A stretch of 64,000 nucleotides of DNA, taken from Thermoanaerobaculia bacterium (GTDB taxonomy: Bacteria > Acidobacteriota > Thermoanaerobaculia > UBA5066). Shown here piece by piece: positions 57,005 to 64,000 of this stretch. The DNA lies in contig CAVRAY010000001.1 in NCBI GenBank assembly GCA_963719225.1, positions 3,616,001 to 3,680,000 on the forward strand, written 5' to 3'. Position numbers and translations under genes: made by a program. A model generated the notes under the pieces. The model was given only the letters and a program-made list of their open reading frames with translations, was not told the DNA's origin and made no database searches. Within the stretch, counting starts at the first letter, position 1; every line of letters starts with the position of its first letter.

Positions 57005-60000
57005 AGCCGCGCGCGAGAAGGCTCCTTCGCGCGATCGTCGTCGGGCTCGTGCTCCCGATCGTGATCGGAGCGCTCGTCGTCTGGTGGGTGATCGGAACGA
57101 GCTCCGGGACGCGCTGGGCGGTGGAGCGGCTCAGCGTCCTCATGAAAGGGAGCGTGAAGGTCGGCTCGGTCGAAGGACGGATCGTCTCGCCGCTGACGCT
57201 TCACGACCTGAGATGGGAGTCCGAGTCGCTGGCGGTCGTCGTCAGGAAGCTGACCCTCGAGTGGAGCCTCGGGAAGCTGCTGCGGAGGCAGCTCGACATC
57301 GAGAGCCTGGCGGCGGAGGGCGTCACCGTCGTCTCCAAGCCGTCCGGGGAGGAGAAGAGCAAGGGGCTGTCGGACCTTCATCTTCCGATCAACGTCCTCG
57401 TCCGCGACGCGACCGTGCGCGACATCCGGCTGGGCGCCGACCCGAAAACCGCGCTCGTCGTCGACTCGATCGGGCTAAAGACGACGGCGATCCGGGACAC
57501 GCTCCGCGTCGAGTCGCTGTCGATCCGCTCGGCGCTTTTCGACGGCGACTTCAACGGGACGCTGAAGCCGATCGGAGACTACCCGGTCGGGCTCCAGATG
57601 CGCTGGGCCTATCGGCCGCCGGGCTCTTCGGCGTACGAAGGGAACGGCTCCTTCAACGGGAACCTCAAGCGCCTGGAGGTGAGGGAGCAGCTGACCGCTC
57701 CCTTCGCCGCGCGTATCGACGCGGTCCTCACGGAGCCGCTACGCGACCTGAAGTTCGACGCGACCGCCAGCGTCACGGACCTCAGGACCCGCGCCATCAA
57801 CAAGGCGTGGCCGGACGCGCGGATCTCCGGAAGCGGGAGGGCGCGCGGGACGTTCGAGCGCCTCTCGGCCGACGCGCGGCTCGAGACGACCTCCGCGATG
57901 CTCGGGCGGGCGGACGTCGCCCTGGCCTTCGAGCGCGCCGGAGCCGACTACACGCTGCGGAACGTGCGCCTCACGTTCCCGGGCCGCGCGACGTCGATCG
58001 AGGCGAACGGAAAGGTGACTCTGCCACCGAGCACCAGGGCCGAGGCGATGGCCCTCGACCTGACGGCCTCGTGGAAAGAGCTCACGTGGCCGCTGACGGG
58101 CAAGCCGATCGCCCGGAGCCGTGCGGGCGAGGCAAAGGTGAAAGGGACGCTGGACGCTTACGCCCTCGACCTGAACGCGGACCTCGAAGCTCCGAACGCG
58201 CCGCCCGGAAAATGGACTCTTCACGGCAAGGGGGACCGGAACCGTCTCGAGCTTCCGTCGCTCGAGGCAGAGGTGCTCTCGGGTCGTGTCGAAGGCTCGG
58301 GCGTCGTCGCGTGGTCGCCCGAAATCGGCTGGTCCCTCACGCTCACGGGCCGGGACATCGACCCGCAGCAGCTCGCCAGGGGTTACCCAGGCCGGCTCTC
58401 GTTCGAGGCGTTCACGCGAGGCAAGCTGCCGAAGCGGGGAGGGCCGATCGCCCGCCTCGAGCTGCGCCGCCTGGGCGGAACGCTGCGGGGACAGCCGCTC
58501 TCCGCGTCCGCGACCGTCGACATGGAAGGAGAGACGATCCGCGTCGGGAAGCTGGAGGTGAGCTCCGGACAGAGCCGACTGGCGGCACACGGCGTCGTCG
58601 GGCCCGCTTCCGACCTGGCGTGGTCTCTCGAAGCGCCGAACCTCGCGTCTCTCGTGTCCGAGGCGGCGGGTTCGCTCGCGGGCCACGGTCGCATCGCGGG
58701 CCCCCGTTCCACGCCGCGGCTCGTCGCCTCGCTGCGCGGCAAGGCGCTCTCGTTCGGGGACAAGCGCGCGGCGACGCTCGAGGTCGAAGCCGACGTCTCA
58801 CTCGCGCGGGGCGCGCCGCTCTCGATCGACGTGAAAGGTACGGGTATCGCGGTGGGGGCGCGCACGATCGACTCGGCAGCGATCACGGGACGGGGGACAC
58901 GCGAGCGCCACACGATCTCGGTCACCGCGGACGGCAAGGACCCGCGCCGCAAGGAATCGCTCAGGCTCGAGGTCGCGGGCGGCATCGACACGAAGCTCAC
59001 CTGGCGCGGCGAGATCCGGCGTCTCGACGTCGAGTCGAAAGAGACCGGCGCGTGGAAGCTCGAATCCCCCGCCGCCCTCGAGCTCGGTTCCGATCACGCT
59101 TCCCTCGAACGCTTCTGCTGGACCTCGCAGCGGGGACGTCTGTGTTTGTCGGGAAGCTATGGAGGGGGGACGTGGCGCGCCGCGTCTACCGTCCACGACG
59201 TGCCGCTCTCCCTCTTCGGCCCGTGGCTCCCCGCGGACGTCGAGATCTCGGGAGCGCTGAACGGGTCCGTGGACGCGCGGGGGTTCGCCGACGGGCGGCT
59301 CGAGGCGAAAGCGGAGCTCGCGCCCGGTCCCGGGGAGATCCGGTATCCCGAGGAGCGCGGCGGAAAGGGTTCGGTGCGCTTCCACGACGCGGTGTTACGT
59401 CTGTCGGCCGACGCGTCGGGCCTGACGGCGCACGCGGGCGTCGTCTTCGAGGGCACCGGCACCGCGTCGATCGACCTCTCGCTCCCGGACTACAACGCGC
59501 GCGGAGTACCTCAGAAAGACCAGCCGGTGAAGGGGCACGTCCGGATCGAGGTCACGCGCCTCGACGTCGCGCAGGGATTCGTCGAGGGCGTGCGCGAGGT
59601 CCGAGGCGCGCTGCATGCGGACCTCAGACTGGGCGGGACGCTCGGAGCCCCGTCGGTCCTCGGCGAGGCGCGGCTGGATGGCGGTCAGGCAGACCTGCCC
59701 GACTACGGGATCCAGCTCCGGGAGATCTCGGTCGTCGCGCGCGGGGACGGGACGGGTCCCCTCCGCTTCGACGGGAAAGTACGGTCGGGGCCGGGCCGCC
59801 TGACCATTTCGGGCGACACGCCCGTGACCCCGGCCGCGCTCACCGCGACCCACGTCAGGATCGACGGAGATCAGTTCCTCGTTCTGGACCAGCCTCCGGA
59901 CAACCGCGTGCTGGTCTCCCCGCGCGTCGCGGTGACGCTGAAGGGAAAACGAGTGGACGTGAACGGCGACCTCGAGATCCCCGAGGCGAAATACGTCTAC

Positions 60001-60792
60001 GTCACGAGGTACGCCGCCGTGCCGGTCTCGCGCGACGTGGTGATCGTCGGCGCCCCCGTCCCGCAGCCGAAGGAAACCGGGTGGGAGGTCGGCGCACGCC
60101 TTCGGCTGATCCTCGGCGAAAAGGTCCGGATCAAGGGCTCCGGCCTCGATGCGCGGGTCACCGGGAGCGTCCTCGCCATCGAGCAGCCGGGGCGCGACGT
60201 CGTCGCCACGGGAGAGCTCGAGCTCCACGAGGGAACGTATAAGGCATACGGGCAGGACCTGACGATCGAGCGCGGGCGCCTCTTCTTCGCGGGCGGCCCC
60301 ATCGACGATCCCGGCGTCGATGCCCGCGTCTATCGCAAGGCGAAGGACGGCGTCGTCGCGGGACTGGAGATCAAGGGGACGCTGAAGACGCCGCAAGTGA
60401 CGATCTGGTCTCAGCCGCCGATGGCGCAAAGCGAGGCTCTGGCTTACGTCCTCCTCGGCCACCCTCTCGGGAAATCGACTCAGCAGGAGGGGAGCCTCGT
60501 CGCGAACGCCGCGGCGTCGCTGGGTCTCAAAGGAGGAAACCTCCTCGCCAAGAAGCTCGCGGCCAGGTTCGGGCTGGAGGAGGCGCGCATCGAGACGGAA
60601 GGCAGCTTTTCCGAGGCGGCTCTCGTCGTCGGGAAGTTCCTCACACCGCGGCTCTACGTCCAGTACGGGATCGGCCTCTTCACGCGCGTCTCGACTCTCC
60701 GGGTCAGCTACATCCTGAACAAACGTTGGACGCTCAGGGCCGAGACGGGCGTCGAGAACGCCGCCGACATCGTCTACACGATCGAGAAGTGA
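57001..60792 (+). CDS. tamB: TamB
   Basis: N-terminal TM; C-terminal DUF490-type YKAYGQDL.IERG and VGKFLTPRLYVQYG; GTGA overlap with tamA. Confidence 0.9.
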   Translation: MKPRARRLLRAIVVGLVLPIVIGALVVWWVIGTSSGTRWAVERLSVLMKGSVKVGSVEGRIVSPLTLHDLRWESESLAVVVRKLTLEWSLGKLLRRQLDIESLAAEGVTVVSKPSGEEKSKGLSDLHLPINVLVRDATVRDIRLGADPKTALVVDSIGLKTTAIRDTLRVESLSIRSALFDGDFNGTLKPIGDYPVGLQMRWAYRPPGSSAYEGNGSFNGNLKRLEVREQLTAPFAARIDAVLTEPLRDLKFDATASVTDLRTRAINKAWPDARISGSGRARGTFERLSADARLETTSAMLGRADVALAFERAGADYTLRNVRLTFPGRATSIEANGKVTLPPSTRAEAMALDLTASWKELTWPLTGKPIARSRAGEAKVKGTLDAYALDLNADLEAPNAPPGKWTLHGKGDRNRLELPSLEAEVLSGRVEGSGVVAWSPEIGWSLTLTGRDIDPQQLARGYPGRLSFEAFTRGKLPKRGGPIARLELRRLGGTLRGQPLSASATVDMEGETIRVGKLEVSSGQSRLAAHGVVGPASDLAWSLEAPNLASLVSEAAGSLAGHGRIAGPRSTPRLVASLRGKALSFGDKRAATLEVEADVSLARGAPLSIDVKGTGIAVGARTIDSAAITGRGTRERHTISVTADGKDPRRKESLRLEVAGGIDTKLTWRGEIRRLDVESKETGAWKLESPAALELGSDHASLERFCWTSQRGRLCLSGSYGGGTWRAASTVHDVPLSLFGPWLPADVEISGALNGSVDARGFADGRLEAKAELAPGPGEIRYPEERGGKGSVRFHDAVLRLSADASGLTAHAGVVFEGTGTASIDLSLPDYNARGVPQKDQPVKGHVRIEVTRLDVAQGFVEGVREVRGALHADLRLGGTLGAPSVLGEARLDGGQADLPDYGIQLREISVVARGDGTGPLRFDGKVRSGPGRLTISGDTPVTPAALTATHVRIDGDQFLVLDQPPDNRVLVSPRVAVTLKGKRVDVNGDLEIPEAKYVYVTRYAAVPVSRDVVIVGAPVPQPKETGWEVGARLRLILGEKVRIKGSGLDARVTGSVLAIEQPGRDVVATGELELHEGTYKAYGQDLTIERGRLFFAGGPIDDPGVDARVYRKAKDGVVAGLEIKGTLKTPQVTIWSQPPMAQSEALAYVLLGHPLGKSTQQEGSLVANAAASLGLKGGNLLAKKLAARFGLEEARIETEGSFSEAALVVGKFLTPRLYVQYGIGLFTRVSTLRVSYILNKRWTLRAETGVENAADIVYTIEK

Positions 60793-60804
60793 AGTCTAGG
60801 AAGC

Positions 60805-61101
60805 TCAGCCCCCCGCCATCGCGCCCAGGATCAGGAACGGCTCGGCCCCGGTCGCGACCGCCTCGGGCAGGGGGGCGTCCGGCGGCTCGTGCGAGACGTC
60901 CTCCGCGCAGGCGAAGAACCTCACGAAGGGCCGGCGCTGCCGCGTGACGTGGTCGCGGATCGCGCCGCGGAGAATCGGGTAGCGTTCCTCGAGCGCGTCG
61001 AGGACGGAGCGCTGCGTGACCGGACCCTCGAGATCGAGCGTCACCTCGCCGCTGACGCGCGCGAGCGTCCTGAGATGCACCGGGAGGACGACCCGAATCA
61101 C
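60805..61101 (-). CDS. MoaD/ThiS ubiquitin-like protein
   Basis: [33 protein letters not shown]-terminus; GTGA coupling. Confidence 0.88.
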   Translation of the reverse strand: MIRVVLPVHLRTLARVSGEVTLDLEGPVTQRSVLDALEERYPILRGAIRDHVTRQRRPFVRFFACAEDVSHEPPDAPLPEAVATGAEPFLILGAMAGG

Positions 61102-62213
61102 GGCAGCGTCTGGACCTCGACGGAAAGCACGGCGGGGAGATCGCGGAGGATGGGCGCCCAGGTGTCTCCGGCATTCGCCGACGCATAGACCTGCCCGCCC
61201 GTCGTGCCGAAGTAGACGCCGCACGAATCGAGAGAGTCGACGGCCATCGCGTCGCGCAAGACGTTGACGTAGCAGTCGCGCTGCGGCAGGCCGCTCGTGA
61301 GCGCCTCCCACTCGTTTCCGCCGGAGCGGCTCCGGTAGACGCGCAGCTTTCCGTCCAGCGGAAAGTGCTCGCTGTCGCTCTTGATCGGGACCACGTAGAT
61401 CGTTTCCGGCTCGTGCGCGTGGACGTCGATCGCGAACCCGAAGTCGGTCGGCAGGTTTCCGCTGACCTCGCGCCAAGACTCGCCCGCGTCGTCGCTGCGC
61501 ATCACGTCCCAGTGCTTCTGCATGAAGAGCACCTCGGGGCGCGACCGGTGCATCGCGATGCGATGAACGCAGTGGCCGACCTCGGCGGTCGGGTCGGGGA
61601 TCTGCTCGGATTTCAGGCCGCGGTTGATCGGCTTCCACGTCTTGCCGGCGTCGTCGGTCCGGAAGGCGCCCGCGGCCGAGATCGCGACGAAGATCCGGCC
61701 GGGGTCCTTCGGATCCAGCAGGATCGTGTGGAGGCACATCCCGCCGGCGCCGGGCTGCCAGCGGGGGCCGGAGCCGTGCTCGCGCAACCCCGCGAGCTCC
61801 TGCCAGGTCTGCCCGCCATCCGCCGAGCGGAAGAGCGACGCGTCCTCCACCCCGGCGTAGACGGTGTCGGGATCGGTCAGCGACGGCTCGAGATGCCAGA
61901 CGCGCTTGAACTCCCAGGGGCGCGGTGTGCCGTCGTACCACTGGTGTGTCCCGGGCACGCCGTCATAGACGAACTTGTTCCCCACCGGCGCCCACGTCTT
62001 CCCGCCGTCGTCCGAGCGCTGGATCTGCTGCCCGAACCAGCCGCTGCTTTGCGACGCGTAGAGTCGGTTCGGGTCGGCGGGCGAGCCCTTGAGGTGGTAG
62101 AGCTCCCACCCGGCGAAATGGGGGCCTCCGACGTCCCATCGCTCGCGCTTTCCATCCGAGGTCAGGACGAACGCGCCTTTCTTCGTGCCCACGAGTACGC
62201 GTACCCCGCTCAT
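61098..62213 (-). CDS. BNR/Asp-box beta-propeller protein
   Basis: Repeated S/T-x-D-x-G-x-T/S-W Asp boxes; VLVGTKKG start. Confidence 0.88.
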   Translation of the reverse strand: MSGVRVLVGTKKGAFVLTSDGKRERWDVGGPHFAGWELYHLKGSPADPNRLYASQSSGWFGQQIQRSDDGGKTWAPVGNKFVYDGVPGTHQWYDGTPRPWEFKRVWHLEPSLTDPDTVYAGVEDASLFRSADGGQTWQELAGLREHGSGPRWQPGAGGMCLHTILLDPKDPGRIFVAISAAGAFRTDDAGKTWKPINRGLKSEQIPDPTAEVGHCVHRIAMHRSRPEVLFMQKHWDVMRSDDAGESWREVSGNLPTDFGFAIDVHAHEPETIYVVPIKSDSEHFPLDGKLRVYRSRSGGNEWEALTSGLPQRDCYVNVLRDAMAVDSLDSCGVYFGTTGGQVYASANAGDTWAPILRDLPAVLSVEVQTLP

Positions 62214-62314
62214 GCCTCGCTCCTCCCGAACCGACTATATCGTCGGTCGGGCGGCCCCAAATCACGTTCTGGTCAGCGGGAACCCGCCGCCTCGCGGCGC
62301 CGTATCATTTCGAC

Positions 62315-62515
62315 ATGAGCCAGGGCTCGACCGGAAACGTGATCGCCGCGCTCGTGAGCTTCTTCATTCCCGGGCTCGGGCAGCTCATCCAGGGACGCAT
62401 CCTGGCGGCGCTCGGTTTTTTCCTCCTGTCCGGTTTTCTCTGGTTCTTTTTCCTCGGCTGGGTCGGTCACATCCTCGCCACGATCGACGCCGCGATCTGG
62501 AAGCCGAAAGGCTAA
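62315..62515 (+). CDS. Small membrane protein
   Basis: AALVSFFIPGLGQL.QGR, two hydrophobic segments. Confidence 0.75.
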   Translation: MSQGSTGNVIAALVSFFIPGLGQLIQGRILAALGFFLLSGFLWFFFLGWVGHILATIDAAIWKPKG

Positions 62516-63819
62516 CGGCCGAGCCAGCCGCCGCGGAAGCCCGCGCGCTTCAGGCCGCGCACCAGGTACGGGCAGCGGCGCATCAGGTCCCAGACGAGCC
62601 CGGTCCGATAGTTCTCGACCATGAGCACGATCGGGCCGTCGTTGAGGCCGAAGTTGTACGGAGACACCCAGCCGCACGGGTCCTTCGACTCGGTTGGAAA
62701 CGTGGGATTGAACGTCGCTTCGAAACCGTACGGGCCCTGCCCGACGCCGAGAGCGTGCATGTGGGCGATGGCCGGCATCGCGATTTCCGGGGCGAACGGG
62801 ATCGATGCGACGACGGCCCACGGCGCGAGGGTGCCGTCGTCCGGGCCGCTCGGAACGCCTCGCGCGACGTAGTCGTAAAAGCGGCGCTTCACGCCTCCGA
62901 TCTCGAGCGTCGCGGGGCCCGGTCCCTCGCTCGCCGTGATTCCCCAGCAGTTCTCCGAATAGCCGGCGAAGCGTTTCGGATTCCTGATCGCGTAAAGCCG
63001 CTGGACCCGGGTCGCGCGAGCCGTGTTCTCGAAATAGTCGAGGCCGCGCTCGCGCATCGGCTCGTCGCGTATGCCGCGGAAATCCACCCAGACGTGCGAG
63101 AGCTGATGGATGAAGAGCGGCGCCGCGTGGAGATATTCGATTCCGTATAACTTTCGAAAGCGGTAGCTCGACGTGAACGCCGCGTAGCTTTTCGGGGAAA
63201 TCGGATGCGTCGGCGATCCCAGCGCGAGGAGGTAGAGGACGAGAGCCTCGCTGTAACCGGTCCAGCAGCGCTTCAGAAAGCCTCCCTCGGGCTTCCATCC
63301 ATGCGAGAAGAGGCGCCCGCCGTTCAGCGCCCACCGCCAGTCGCAGCGGCGGTACAGCGCGTCCGCCGTCTCGCGGATGGCGCGCTCCTCCCTCTTCTCG
63401 CCGTCGAAGTAGGCCGCGGCGACGAGCGCGCCGGCCATCACGTACGCCGTGTCGATCGTGGAGAGCTCGCAGTCCCACGCGCGGCGGCCCGAGCCCATGT
63501 CGAGGAAGTGGTAGAAGAATCCCCGGTGACCCGCGGCGTCTTCCTCCTCGCTTTGGCGCACGTTCATGAGGAACCGAAGAGTCGTGAGGGTCCGGGCCGC
63601 AGCTTCGTCGCGGTCCATGAGTCCCCGTTCGACACCGACGGGGTAGGCGGTCAATGCGAGACCGATCGCGGCGATCGAGGAGGGAGACCCGTCGTGTGTG
63701 CTGTCGCGGATGAGGCCGCTCGCCTCGTGGGTCTCGTGAAGAAAGTAGGCGAACGCGCTCCGCTGCAGCCTGTCCAGGTCTGCCTCGGCGAGAATGGCTC
63801 CTTCCTTTTTCGCCTTCAT
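62512..63819 (-). CDS. Glucoamylase-like/DUF2329 (GH144-like beta-1,2-glucanase) protein
   Basis: SIAAIGLAL, GFFYHFLDM, ELSTIDT, YSEA, PLFIHQ.SH, WGITA, ENYRTGL.W. Confidence 0.8.
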   Translation of the reverse strand: MKAKKEGAILAEADLDRLQRSAFAYFLHETHEASGLIRDSTHDGSPSSIAAIGLALTAYPVGVERGLMDRDEAAARTLTTLRFLMNVRQSEEEDAAGHRGFFYHFLDMGSGRRAWDCELSTIDTAYVMAGALVAAAYFDGEKREERAIRETADALYRRCDWRWALNGGRLFSHGWKPEGGFLKRCWTGYSEALVLYLLALGSPTHPISPKSYAAFTSSYRFRKLYGIEYLHAAPLFIHQLSHVWVDFRGIRDEPMRERGLDYFENTARATRVQRLYAIRNPKRFAGYSENCWGITASEGPGPATLEIGGVKRRFYDYVARGVPSGPDDGTLAPWAVVASIPFAPEIAMPAIAHMHALGVGQGPYGFEATFNPTFPTESKDPCGWVSPYNFGLNDGPIVLMVENYRTGLVWDLMRRCPYLVRGLKRAGFRGGWLGR

Positions 63820-64000
63820 GCCAGCGTCCCGACGGCGCTCTGCAGGGCTTCGGAGAGCGTCGGGTGAATCTGGATCGCATCGCGAAGGACCTTCACGGAC
63901 ACGTCCGCGTTCATCAACGCGACGTAGACGTGCACGAGCTCGGAGCCATCCGAAGCGAGCACGGAGGCGCCGAGGAGCTTTTCCGTCTTCGCGTCCACGA
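63816..64000 (-). CDS. C-terminus of a pyridine nucleotide-disulfide oxidoreductase (partial)
   Basis: LLGA..GSELVH..IHPTLSE dimerisation-domain motif. Confidence 0.75.
   Translation of the reverse strand, partial: VDAKTEKLLGASVLASDGSELVHVYVALMNADVSVKVLRDAIQIHPTLSEALQSAVGTLA

Overview
High-GC bacterial window; gene content (MacB-like duplicated ABC permease, TamAB, FadL, split gcvP) fits a diderm such as Acidobacteriota (inference). The flanks (1-28.9 kb and 49.35-64 kb) are mostly housekeeping: GAF signalling, an NfnB/NfnA-like fusion, hicBA, efp, a FadL/SGNH/Fak lipid cluster, glycine cleavage genes, a Ser/Thr kinase, a selenocysteine-containing selD, a YtrA-ABC operon with a broken permease, sodC and tamAB. 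The centre is a 20.3 kb composite island in tRNA-Ala(CGC) with the order tRNA-[A]-[B]-[A']-attR. A and A' are near-identical 2.25 kb mini-elements with no integrase. Each carries the tRNA-restoring att arm, a small basic protein with three RGSRDLK repeats, about 1.3 kb of nested covarying inverted-repeat structure with two inverted dif-like palindromes, and an XRE repressor. B (15.8 kb) carries the only integrase, plus defence-like genes and a sigma54-controlled efflux module, but has no repressor and no tRNA-restoring arm. A and B share arm-type att motifs at nearly the same spacing and a homologous promoter with the same ATTACA-N9-TGTAAT operator, suggesting a mutually dependent helper/satellite pair. 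All alignments were made by eye; no searches were run.
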